A stretch of 64,000 bases of DNA from Limibacter armeniacum (lineage in GTDB: Bacteria > Bacteroidota > Bacteroidia > Cytophagales > Flammeovirgaceae). Every line of letters begins with the position of its first letter. Positions within the stretch are counted from its first letter, which is position 1. The notes below the pieces were generated by a model, which saw only the letters and a list, made by a program, of their open reading frames with translations, was not told the DNA's origin and made no database searches. Where the stretch lies: the NCBI RefSeq assembly GCF_036880985.1, contig NZ_JBAJNO010000008.1, positions 1,859,500 through 1,923,499 of the forward strand, written 5' to 3'. A program made the position numbers and the translations under genes. Below are positions 56,601 to 64,000 of the stretch, in pieces.

Positions 56601-58956
56601 AGCCGAGGCAGGTACGTGCCAAGGAGTAGTGCCTGATTTTACTTCAGGTGTTACCTATGATGAAAATTGTACAGGAGTTACAGTTACACAGTCACCGAGT
56701 GCTGGTAGTTACTTGGCTGTAGGAAGCCATGCGATTACTTTGACTGTTGAGGATGCAGCAGGTCTGACAGATGCATGTACTACAACATTGACTATTGAGG
56801 ATAGGGATGCTCCAATCATCGTTTCTTGTCCCGAAAATAATACAGTTGAGTTGACCTCTGAAGGTAATTGGATAGCGCCAGATCTGACAGGAGGAATTGT
56901 CGCAACGGATAATTGTACTGATGCTTCAGCATTGGAGATAACTCAGGTTCCAGCTTCAGGCGAATTGATAGAGGTAGCCCCAACCGAAGAACCAATGGTT
57001 CAACTGACAGTGAAAGATGCTTACGGAAATGAAGCTTTTTGTACAGTATCAATTGAATTGGTGGATGTGACAGCACCTGTACTGACCGTTCTGAATGGGC
57101 AAGTAACGTTGGAGACTGCAAGCGGATGTACAGCCCAGCTTCCTGATTTATTTGAGAATATTTCAGCCGTTGATAACCTAACTTTAACTGAAAACCTGAA
57201 TTGGAGTCAGTCTCCAGTGTCGGGAACGGCTTTACCTGTAGGAACTCATGATGTGAGGGTTTCAGTATCAGATGAAGCAGGCAATACAGCAACCGAGTCC
57301 TTGACAGTGATTGTAGAGGATAGGCAAAGTCCAATATTGACAGGTTGTGACAACATTGTATCAATTGACTTGACAAGTGGTAGCATGGTGCAAGTGCCTG
57401 ACTTATCTGTCCTGTTGACTTATTCGGACAATTGTAGTGATGTAACAGATCTTGTATTTACCCAGTCACCGACAGTCAATGATTCTTTGGGAATAGGCAG
57501 CCATGATATTGCAGTAACAGTATCGGATGCAGAAGGAAATATGGTAGGCTGTACAGTCAATGTGGTGGTTGTGGATAAGGTAGCGCCAGTAGTGTTGGCT
57601 TGTCCGCAAGATAGAACACTCTTGGCTGATAGTGGATGTGAAATTATCCTTCCCAACTTTACAGGTCAATTGGAAGTGTTTGATAATTACACCCTTTCTG
57701 AGAACATCGTATACAGTCAGCAGCCACAACCGGGTACAGCCTTGACAGTTGGCAATCATACTGTGGAAGTAACAGCCATAGATGAAGGCGGAAATCAGGT
57801 GAGTTGTAATGTTCAGGTAGATGTGGTGGATGTGACAGCTCCTAGCTTTATCTATTGTCCATCAGACATACAGATGAGTGTGTCATTTGGCACTTCAGAA
57901 ATAGCAGTGGAATGGAATCAGCCAGAAGCCGTTGACAATTGCTCAAGACAGTTGACCTATTCCTCAACGCATACATCAGGAGAGTTGTTTGCCTTGGGAA
58001 AAACAACTGTATCAACAAAGGTGACTGATGAAGCAGGTAATAGTGCTGCTTGTACATTTACGGTGACTGTTAAAGAAGAAAACTTACCGCCAGTGGCAGA
58101 GGATGTCTTATTGGTGATGGATGAAGATGGTGAATTGAGAGGAAACCTTTTTGAGTATATCATTGATCCTGAAAATAATTCGATGTTGGTGGATGAGTTT
58201 CCTATTGCACTTCCTGACAACGGAAGTGTTGAACTTAGTGCAGATGGTCAATTCATCTATAAACCAAAAGCGAACTACTACGGTACAGACTACTTTACCT
58301 ATATCGTTCGGGAAGACCGTCCGAATAATGCACTTGCAGATACAGCAACAGTCTCTATTACAGTGAAACCTGTCAATGACAAGCCTGTGGCAGAAGACAG
58401 TTACGTGGAAGCTGTTGAGCAGGAGCCAGTAGAAATCTGTTTGGCAGTGGATGATATTGATGAGGATATACTTCAAATAAGGCAAATCTTGGAAGGCCCA
58501 CAATATGGAAGCGAAGTCACAATTGATCAGGAATCACTTTGCATTACTTACACACCTAATGCCAACTATTTTGGTGAAGATTATATCATAGTCCAAGTTT
58601 GTGACAGGCTTGAAGGAGGAGCGTGTGTAGAAGTTCAGGTATATGTAGATGTCAGCCTTAATGACGAGGTGATTGTATATGGAGGTTTTTCACCCAACTG
58701 GGATGGCATCAATGACCAATGGTTGATCAAAGGTATTGAACAATACACCTACAGTAAGGTGAGGGTTTTCAACAGGTTCGGTACAGTGGTTTTTGAAACA
58801 GAAAACTATGACAACGCCAAGAACTTCTGGAATGGTCATTACCTGAATAATACAAGTAAGGAGTCTCCACAAGGTACTTACTATTATGTGATTACATTGA
58901 AAGATGAGAATGGCAGGATAGAAGACCTGAAAGGTACTGTAGAAGTCAAAAGATGA
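50689..58956 (+). CDS. Giant (2755 aa) cell-surface adhesin with about 25 HYR (hyalin-repeat) domains, cadherin-like repeats and a type-IX-secretion type-B C-terminal sorting domain (gliding-motility-associated CTD, CHU_C)
   Basis: Signal peptide. Repeated about 85-aa units containing ...DNC...TQSP.AG...G.H.IT.TVTD..GN. C-terminal FSPNWDGINDQW...VRVFNRFGTVVFETENY...GTYYYVITL matches the TIGR04131-type CTD. Confidence 0.85.
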   Translation: MYRMRPATIFFVLLHLFTLLSQANAAFVSGFDKMPHTVVPFMEVAEPATVASFACEPWSISKNAGVFQEEVCDLSVPYVWDYEGTLAFDLIGDDEVDKLYCDRSVYTFTQSPAEGYEVTVGETLEGGTVDRVNASLIRVPVVIKIMEGSVEVDSETIMYYAYSPATNLPTMSGVPSDQTQYVYNLGCFYLMLSDYTSGITATDACGNILDVSQSIPPLTSLGKGDHEIEFTATDKLGRTITNSFTLSILDNTKPVIGTFADKSYTLISSTCNYAFPDLDSEVRSISYDNCTGDADLGITYKLDGSVVVAGDSIEAGSYTLEVTVTDESGNFRTKTCNFEILDVTAPVITSAPVSYTGYTASGTCNYALPDMRGSIVVDESCSYTITQSPAGGTSLTVGTHTIQFTVTDDSGNSDLEAITVTVVDNEYPIIDTSDITVNRSGNCTYLVPDLEPLVGHSDNCGISSFTQDLTIGDAITSNTAVVVKVKDLSGNETVETINLILGDDVTAPVISFTNTEITVSAGDSCLGTIPDLVKGLDFTVTDNCTAEAAILIEHDLQEGQEVTAGNYTLTIKATDEKGNVGSSDILVKVVEDKDPTIGYTGGTYTINTEPGECKGVVPDYTKLTGFTFDDNCSLPADPISYSIDPDSKLDIGSYSQTITVTDASGNTSSVVVPLVVRDNEKPFSVTLPDTLRLTLDASACIATVPDFLSIAPYSTEIEFGDNCSSSLTIVPSISVGSTLGVGVTTVIYTVTDEASNVETFDLPLKVTDDQSPTATFPSDMTIAAEVGECFAYAPDLVSLITDEADNCGTPTVTQDKLAGTDQIPVGSTMPIQVTVTDNNGNSISHTVNVTAEDKEKPTISYKVGIQPIEWNALAGVCNAKVVDVKQYLNISDNCTAVSDLTFSQSPVADNINTLNVGVHSITATVTDEAGNVETFSVEVEVLDSEAPTITKCVSPIVYEITDDSPKYPIEDLTSLVEAWDNCTALTVSQSVAAGDSLDIGTHAITFTVTDDAGNNTTCTTQVTVVDLYAPEIRDCLPSGLSLSQLPDQCVGEMPDLESYIDIHENDPKGYTFTQSPVKGTYHLVGDVSVTITVADPSGNTATCSTTVTFIDDTAPVILQCPSSRTVSSDASCKGIVPDFTSSLIATDNCPGTLEVEQSLKADSLVDVGVYTITLTVKDASGNTDSCDVQLTVEDQQAPVLVVTTDTVEVKIGNACSVAVVGLPNLSAYYSATDNCTAVNDIIYELQSASGLDLEVGVQDLIVKATDEEGNFTEETLTVMVMDEEAPTLVQNASVLVETEADACEGIVPDLSAYVTATDACGTTVTLSQSVAAGSNIPLGNSVVSVMATDIFGNKDTLDIDITVSDNQQPVISKCPSDTVYAVTTNVCSVLLDDLTGILEASDNCPDALTVVQSPVAGTVLGFGTHEITFTVTDKSGNNSICTSTVTVEDKFAPSVISCAEGVEVDAVSGQCFGIMPNLTTLVSYEENCSGTASIIQTPVAGSFHDVGIVEVTLTLTDEAGNTDSCKTTITINDVTAPEITRCPEDLAVSAEASLCEGIIPDFTSGLTYMENCTGATVSQVPVAGGTLPVGTHDIKLLVTDAAGLMDSCLVSLTIEDQEKPSLLVTTGTVDIKIGNECSIAIADLPDLSTHYSATDNCTATGEITFSYASASGSILNVGMQDLVVRATDKAGNFAEGVLKVKIMDEEAPILTQNKPVQVFTEEGTCEGVLPDLSEYVTATDACTTIITITQSMAEGSLIPLSTTTVEVTATDAFGNSSAISVDVEVSDNEKPNVLTCPSDTTYQITTVDCTVLLDDLTSRVLATDNCDTSLTVEQSPAAGTALGFGTHEITFTVTDDSGNAVICKSAVSVEDKFAPSVISCAEGVEVDAVADQCFGVMPDLTGLVSYEENCSGTVNVVQVPVAGSFHNVGTVSVTLTLTDVSGNSNTCETSIEVKDITSPVITLCPNTRTITAEAGTCQGVVPDFTSGVTYDENCTGVTVTQSPSAGSYLAVGSHAITLTVEDAAGLTDACTTTLTIEDRDAPIIVSCPENNTVELTSEGNWIAPDLTGGIVATDNCTDASALEITQVPASGELIEVAPTEEPMVQLTVKDAYGNEAFCTVSIELVDVTAPVLTVLNGQVTLETASGCTAQLPDLFENISAVDNLTLTENLNWSQSPVSGTALPVGTHDVRVSVSDEAGNTATESLTVIVEDRQSPILTGCDNIVSIDLTSGSMVQVPDLSVLLTYSDNCSDVTDLVFTQSPTVNDSLGIGSHDIAVTVSDAEGNMVGCTVNVVVVDKVAPVVLACPQDRTLLADSGCEIILPNFTGQLEVFDNYTLSENIVYSQQPQPGTALTVGNHTVEVTAIDEGGNQVSCNVQVDVVDVTAPSFIYCPSDIQMSVSFGTSEIAVEWNQPEAVDNCSRQLTYSSTHTSGELFALGKTTVSTKVTDEAGNSAACTFTVTVKEENLPPVAEDVLLVMDEDGELRGNLFEYIIDPENNSMLVDEFPIALPDNGSVELSADGQFIYKPKANYYGTDYFTYIVREDRPNNALADTATVSITVKPVNDKPVAEDSYVEAVEQEPVEICLAVDDIDEDILQIRQILEGPQYGSEVTIDQESLCITYTPNANYFGEDYIIVQVCDRLEGGACVEVQVYVDVSLNDEVIVYGGFSPNWDGINDQWLIKGIEQYTYSKVRVFNRFGTVVFETENYDNAKNFWNGHYLNNTSKESPQGTYYYVITLKDENGRIEDLKGTVEVKR
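54265..56796 (+). repeat. In-frame tandem duplication inside the adhesin gene: two 1266-bp units (54265-55530 and 55531-56796), each encoding about five HYR domains
   Basis: Both units start with EDQ(Q/E)(A/K)P and end with ...C(L/T)(V/T)(S/T)LTI. They are collinear at about 65-70% aa identity by eye, with near-identical cores (EDKFAPSVISCAEGVEVDAV). Confidence 0.7.
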
Positions 58957-59016
58957 TGCTGTTTAGATATTCTTTAGGTTCACCGCTAAGGTGAGAAGCG
59001 AGTAAATGAGTTCTCT

Positions 59017-59928
59017 ATGAAGAAGTTATACACCGTTGCTTTTTTTATGTTCATGCTATGCAGCGTAGAGGTAGCCGCACAGATTGATGTGCCGAAGAGT
59101 CAGTATGTATTCAACAATCTGGTCATCAACCCCGCTTATGCAGGAAGTAGGGAAGTTTTGAATTTTACTTCTTTTACAAGGATGCAGTGGGTAGGTGTGG
59201 AAGGAGCACCTGTTACCATGCAACTGATTGGGGATATAGGCTTTCCATCCAAAAGGATTGGGGTAGGTATTAACTTGGCATATGACCAGACAGGTGTGCA
59301 TTCAGATTACTTGGCAAGTGGTAGTTTTTCATACAAAATACCTATTGGAAAGGATTGGTCATTATCGGCAGGCTTGAATATTGGAGCAAGGTATTTTCAG
59401 TCGGATTATGACGATGTTCTGTTGCCCGTAAATGATCCAGCTTTTAATACAGGAACGGTTTCCGTCATAAAACCTGTGGTTGGAGCAGGACTCTTCTTGC
59501 AAGGTAAAAGCGCTTTTGCAGGGTTCTCATTGCCAAAGTTGCAGGATGTTGTAGTTAGCGATGTCTATGGTGTCACGGCTTACAGACCGGTAGTGTATAT
59601 CCAAGGAGGATATCAATTTGACTTGAGACCTTGGTTTAGCATTGTGCCAAGTGCCTTGATTCGTGTTTCAGATACAGACCCAATGGTGGTCGACCTTAAC
59701 CTGATAGGTGTATACAATAATGTCATTTGGATGGGGGTATCCTATCAATATGACCAGACGTTGGGAGTGCTGACGCAGCTACAGCTATCCAAACAGTTAC
59801 GATTAGGGTATGCTTATGAGACGCAAATGGGAAGTGATATCAACTTGAGAAGCAATACACATGAGATTGTCCTGAACCTTTCCATGAATTTCTCCAAGCA
59901 TAAGGAAGTTTCACCACGCTATTTTTAG
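59017..59928 (+). CDS. PorP/SprF-family type IX secretion system membrane protein (outer-membrane partner of type-B CTD cargo)
   Basis: Signal peptide followed by QIDVPKSQYVFNNLVINPAYAGS...RMQWVGVEGAPVT, the PorP/SprF N-terminal signature. It lies 60 nt after the adhesin. Confidence 0.85.
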   Translation: MKKLYTVAFFMFMLCSVEVAAQIDVPKSQYVFNNLVINPAYAGSREVLNFTSFTRMQWVGVEGAPVTMQLIGDIGFPSKRIGVGINLAYDQTGVHSDYLASGSFSYKIPIGKDWSLSAGLNIGARYFQSDYDDVLLPVNDPAFNTGTVSVIKPVVGAGLFLQGKSAFAGFSLPKLQDVVVSDVYGVTAYRPVVYIQGGYQFDLRPWFSIVPSALIRVSDTDPMVVDLNLIGVYNNVIWMGVSYQYDQTLGVLTQLQLSKQLRLGYAYETQMGSDINLRSNTHEIVLNLSMNFSKHKEVSPRYF

Positions 59929-59933
59929 ACAAG

Positions 59934-62900
59934 ATGAATGTAAAGGGATACAGAAATAGCGCTATCAAGATATTGGCAGGAGTAATACTCTGCTTATTGC
60001 ATTTGCCTGTTGCTCTGGCGCAGACATCAGTACTAGATGTATTCTCTTCAGCAAAGGAAAGAGGTGACAAGTTATACAAGGCAGGCGCTTATGTTGAAGC
60101 ATTGGAAGCGTATCAGGCTTCTTACGCAAAAGACAGTTCTGACTTTAAGGTGTGGCAAGGAATACTTAAGTGTGAGTCAAAACTGAGCCATAAGTTCAAG
60201 GTCTTGCATTGGTGTGAGAAGTTAGCAGCAGCGGGACAAATCTTATCCAGAGAGCAGCACTTGGCTTATGCAGATGCACAAAGGGCTTGCTGGGAATTGG
60301 AAAAGGCAGCAGACAATTACCTTCGACTGCTGCAGGAAGGAACTTCCGAAAAAGCATTGTTGCAAAGCCGAATGGCAGGGTTGGACAGTTTACCTGCTTA
60401 TACATCACCATATGCTACGTTTGAGCTGACTCCTTTAGCAAAACTAAATTCCCCTTTTGATGAGGTTATGCCAGTCTATTCAGAGGACGGACTGGTTTTT
60501 CTGAGTAACAAGCCTAGTACACTGGGTGTAAAAGAAACCATGAAAGGAGGGTTGATCAGTCATTTTTATTACAGCAAGGCATTTGTTGGAGAGTCTCAGC
60601 AGCTTGAAATCCTTGATAACAAACCCCAAACAGGCTATAGCTATTTTGCAGGTAGGGACAAGGCGATAGTTGGCAGAAAAGTAAGAGGAAAAGATGGGTT
60701 GGAGACCAGTAAGCTCTTTTTGGCAGAGAAAGTCAAAGGGACATGGAGACTTGAGCAACTTCCTTTCTGTGCTGCAGGAGCAAACTATATTCACCCTGTG
60801 CTAAGTCAGGATAACACTTACCTGTTTTTTGCCTCAGATATAGGAGGCGGGTACGGAAAGATGGATGTTTACTATATCCGTTACTTGGAAGGGAAATGGA
60901 CTGAGCCAGTCAATTTGGGAGCAAAAGTCAATACTGAAGGTGATGAGCTGTTTCCGTTTATTGCAGCGGATTATACCTTGTATTTTTCATCTGATGGATT
61001 ACCTGGAATTGGAGGTTTTGACCTTTTTAAGGCTGATTTTGAAAAGGACAGAGTTCTCAATGTTCAAAATATGGGTGCTCCAGTCAATTCTATCGATGAC
61101 GATAAGGCATTGGTGTGGGATTCGCATAACCAGTTAGGTTTTCTGTCCTCGAATAGAAACTATGGAAATGGGTTCGACTTATTTAAACTGGAAGTTGGCA
61201 GGCAAATGACCTATACACTAAATGGTCGAGCCATCTTTCATCAGGGAAAGGAATACTTTCCAGTGTTTATGGATACAGTCTCAGTTGAATTGACGGATGT
61301 TCGTAACCATTCATTGGTCTGTAAAACAAAAACGGATGGCAGGGGCTATTTTTCAATAGTGGCACCATACACTGGCAGATTTCAGCTTACGCTTACCTAT
61401 CAAGGCGAAAAGCATAAAAAACTCATCGACTTTCCGGTTAGGGCTTCTTCCGACAAGCAGTTTTATGTTGTCTATTATCCCTTTGGTAAACAGCTTCAGC
61501 ATACCGATTTCTTTTTGGACAAGAAGGAAAACATTGGTAGTGTTCGGTTTTGGGAGAAGTTTCATAAAAAGAAACATAACCCATGCGAGCATAATGCATT
61601 GCTGCTGTCACAGGGAATTATTGACCTAAGTATTTTTGAAAGAGAACAAGGCACGCTCGATAGGGCAGAAAAGTTTTATAGTAAAAGTGCATATGAAAAA
61701 GCTTTGGCAATCAGCCTGAATATGGTGGATGAATTTCCTTCCGTAAATGAAGCCAAGCTGCTGAGTGCTAAGAGCCTGTTTAGGTTGAACAGACCTTATG
61801 AGGCAGTATACCTTTTCAATGAGGTGATTTGCCGTGATGGAATCCTAAAGCCGGATGATTATAAACTGACCGCAGAGGCGCTGGTGCAGACAGGTTCGTT
61901 TGATGCAGCCATTTTCTATTATCAGAAATACCTTGATGAGATCAAGCAGGATGAGATGGTTCAAAAAGTGGTGGCAGGGTTGGAACAAATGTCTTTTTAT
62001 TTGAAAGATTCAATCCGTTATACGGTGAAGCCAGTTTCTGTCAATTCCAAGGAGGGGGAATATGCCTCTTACAAATTGGATGAAGAACTGTATTTTATTT
62101 CTGACCGCAAGCCTGTAGCAGGAACAGGAGAGAAAGTGATGAAGTCAGGGGTGTATAAGGCAAATGCCGTTGCCATAACAGATTCTCTTCAGTTTGTAAA
62201 TGTCAGGAATATCGGAGCTGAGGGATTTGAACAAATGGGACCATTCACGTTTACAGCGGACAAACAAAATGTATTTGCAACTGTGGTGGCAGCAGGCAAG
62301 AAAGGAAAAAAAGTACTTCAGATACATGAGTTTAAAGTCAGCAAGAAAAACTGGAAACATACAACAGGAGTCAATCTCAACAGTGATGTTTACTCAATCG
62401 GACATCCTGCCCTGACCCACAAAGCGGACAAGATGTATTTTGTGTCTGATATGCCCGGAGGGTTTGGGGGATCGGACTTATACGTTAGCCGCAAATTGGA
62501 AAGCGGATGGAGCCAACCTGAAAACTTGGGAGCTGAAATCAATACCGCAGGTGATGAGATGTTTCCCTATATCAAAGGGGATTCGATACTTTACTTTGCA
62601 TCGGATGGGCATGGTGGAATGGGTGGTTTGGATATCTATAGCGCAGAGATTGTAAATGGAAGGTACCGAAACCTGATTAATTTGGGCTTCCCTGTCAATA
62701 GCCCTCGAGACGACTTTGCCTATACGGTGGACAATACAGGCTTGTCCGCTTACCTTTCGTCCAATAGAAAGCCAGAAGGAGATGACGATCTCTATCACGT
62801 AACCATTCACAAGGTGTATTCCTATATTCTGTCAGGGAGTGTGCTGTTGCATGAGCAAATTTCTGAAACAGAAGATCCGGAAAGGGTAAAAGGAGTAAAC

Positions 62901-64000
62901 CTTTCTTTGGTGGACATGCTTACGCAAGATACTGTAGCAAGAGCGAATACGGATTGGGAAGGGAAATTCTGGCTTCGGGCACCTTATGCAGGACAGTTTA
63001 ATCTGGTGGCACACAGCAGTAGACTAGGAGAGTACCCGACCGAGGTGGAAATTCCGATGTACCGAGATTATTATGAAGATTATTATATCGTCTTTTTCAA
63101 CAGTAACAATGAGTATTTCCGAAAGGACTTTCTGTTAAGCAAGGACGAGCGTATCAATAAGGCATACCTGAGAAGAGCGCTTTACAAGAGCAAGGAACTG
63201 CCTTGCTTTACCTATACAGGTTATGTGGCTGATACACTTTATCAACCATTGGATGCCAACATATATGTGTATGATGTAGATCGGGACATGATGTATGTGG
63301 AAGCATCAGATGCGGAAACCGGAGCCTATTCTTTTTGTCTTGACCCTGGAACGGAATACGTTTTCAAGGTGATGAAAAAAGGCTACCTGTCTACTTGCTT
63401 CAAGGTACAGACAGGAAATCTCACAAGTGAGATCATAGGAGATAAAGTGGTCTTGGAAAAGATTCCTGAGATGGGGAAAGTCATGATGACGGAGTCTTTA
63501 TACTATGAAGTAAACGGCTCTGACATTTCTCCCGAGATTGCGATTGATCTCGATAAGCTGGTCAAGTTTATGAAAGACAACCCTACGCTGAAAGTGGAGT
63601 TGAGTTCGCATACTGATTCAAGGGGAAGTGCTGAATACAACCGGAAGCTATCCGAATTGAGAGCCAAAAAGGCTGTAGAATATATTGTGGCAAATGGTGT
63701 ACATGTAGACAGAATCTCAGCCATTGGTTATGGTGAGGAGCAGATCTTAAACCAATGTGTGGATGGCATCCAATGTTCGGAGGAAGACCATAGCAAGAAT
63801 AGGCGTACCGAAGTGAAGATTATGGGAGAAATACCGCTGGAGGCTTCAGGCTTTAAGCACAGCGATATTTTCAACCCTGAAATTGACAGAACAGAATGCA
63901 TGCCTGTCGAAAAGCAATTGTCAGAAGCTGTAACGGTATATATAGGCAGTGTGGAAGATGCCGCAGGCTTTACCATCTCAGAAGCAAAAGTCCATGTTTA
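59934..64000 (+). CDS. OmpA-family protein with TPR repeats and two sets of TolB/PD40-like beta-propeller repeats (more than 1355 aa; 3' end beyond the window)
   Basis: The frame stays open to the window end. TPR region, PD40-like repeats (YFSSDGLPGIGGFDLF, YFASDGHGGMGGLDIY), and an OmpA peptidoglycan-binding motif (LSSHTDSRGSAEYNRKLSELRAKKAVEYI). Confidence 0.8.
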   Translation, partial: MNVKGYRNSAIKILAGVILCLLHLPVALAQTSVLDVFSSAKERGDKLYKAGAYVEALEAYQASYAKDSSDFKVWQGILKCESKLSHKFKVLHWCEKLAAAGQILSREQHLAYADAQRACWELEKAADNYLRLLQEGTSEKALLQSRMAGLDSLPAYTSPYATFELTPLAKLNSPFDEVMPVYSEDGLVFLSNKPSTLGVKETMKGGLISHFYYSKAFVGESQQLEILDNKPQTGYSYFAGRDKAIVGRKVRGKDGLETSKLFLAEKVKGTWRLEQLPFCAAGANYIHPVLSQDNTYLFFASDIGGGYGKMDVYYIRYLEGKWTEPVNLGAKVNTEGDELFPFIAADYTLYFSSDGLPGIGGFDLFKADFEKDRVLNVQNMGAPVNSIDDDKALVWDSHNQLGFLSSNRNYGNGFDLFKLEVGRQMTYTLNGRAIFHQGKEYFPVFMDTVSVELTDVRNHSLVCKTKTDGRGYFSIVAPYTGRFQLTLTYQGEKHKKLIDFPVRASSDKQFYVVYYPFGKQLQHTDFFLDKKENIGSVRFWEKFHKKKHNPCEHNALLLSQGIIDLSIFEREQGTLDRAEKFYSKSAYEKALAISLNMVDEFPSVNEAKLLSAKSLFRLNRPYEAVYLFNEVICRDGILKPDDYKLTAEALVQTGSFDAAIFYYQKYLDEIKQDEMVQKVVAGLEQMSFYLKDSIRYTVKPVSVNSKEGEYASYKLDEELYFISDRKPVAGTGEKVMKSGVYKANAVAITDSLQFVNVRNIGAEGFEQMGPFTFTADKQNVFATVVAAGKKGKKVLQIHEFKVSKKNWKHTTGVNLNSDVYSIGHPALTHKADKMYFVSDMPGGFGGSDLYVSRKLESGWSQPENLGAEINTAGDEMFPYIKGDSILYFASDGHGGMGGLDIYSAEIVNGRYRNLINLGFPVNSPRDDFAYTVDNTGLSAYLSSNRKPEGDDDLYHVTIHKVYSYILSGSVLLHEQISETEDPERVKGVNLSLVDMLTQDTVARANTDWEGKFWLRAPYAGQFNLVAHSSRLGEYPTEVEIPMYRDYYEDYYIVFFNSNNEYFRKDFLLSKDERINKAYLRRALYKSKELPCFTYTGYVADTLYQPLDANIYVYDVDRDMMYVEASDAETGAYSFCLDPGTEYVFKVMKKGYLSTCFKVQTGNLTSEIIGDKVVLEKIPEMGKVMMTESLYYEVNGSDISPEIAIDLDKLVKFMKDNPTLKVELSSHTDSRGSAEYNRKLSELRAKKAVEYIVANGVHVDRISAIGYGEEQILNQCVDGIQCSEEDHSKNRRTEVKIMGEIPLEASGFKHSDIFNPEIDRTECMPVEKQLSEAVTVYIGSVEDAAGFTISEAKVHV

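Noticed and set aside
51504-58503. Many 60-190-aa ORFs on the minus strand and in alternative frames inside the adhesin gene
   Set aside because: All are embedded in the 8.3-kb adhesin ORF, whose repeat architecture is continuous and in frame. They are composition artefacts.
1-64000. Search for CRISPR arrays, tRNA or rRNA genes, integrases, transposases or prophage genes
   Set aside because: None was recognisable. No regularly spaced direct repeats, no tRNA-like cloverleaf candidates with a T-loop consensus, and no integrase or transposase motifs appear in any listed ORF.

Overview
This 64-kb window is chromosomal DNA that looks like Bacteroidota, probably a Cytophagia-like marine lineage (about 40% GC). 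It is densely coding, with roughly 45 genes and no rRNA, tRNA, CRISPR array or obvious mobile element.

**Housekeeping and metabolic genes:** partial SulP/STAS anion permease, argS, mgsA, ppa, glutathione peroxidase, GNAT acetyltransferase, Cof-type HAD hydrolase, an MscS channel and rtcB.

**Transport and sensing:** a short BLUF blue-light photoreceptor, an orphan multi-TM PAS histidine kinase, a nucleobase-uptake cluster (AzgA-like permease, Tsx-like porin, uracil/xanthine permease), two TonB-dependent receptors, and a DUF3857/transglutaminase-like pair.

**Type-IX-secretion cargo cluster at the 3' end:** a 2755-aa HYR-domain adhesin with a type-B C-terminal sorting domain, a PorP/SprF gene and a TPR-PD40-OmpA protein that runs off the window end.

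**Most unusual part (28.5-39.7 kb):** a co-directional block with a DUF1707/LiaF-like protein, an NfeD/YqiJ-like protein, a 720-aa flotillin (SPFH) protein and small membrane proteins, one with a decayed tandem copy. This is followed by a GC-rich multi-hairpin element, a 1644-aa protein carrying a C-terminal dynein-type (AAA_5/MoxR-like) ATPase domain, and a TerB-family protein. I read this block as a candidate uncharacterised membrane-associated NTPase system.

**Other notable items:**
- A 1193-aa protein with a TPR/beta-propeller sensor, a TM helix and a PP2C phosphatase domain.
- Two tandem PEGA-trypsin lipoprotein proteases where a SusD would normally sit.
- A perfect 26-bp palindrome in a divergent promoter region.
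- A 2 x 1266-bp in-frame duplication inside the adhesin gene.

All calls rest on reading the translated ORFs and the DNA by eye; no database searches were run.
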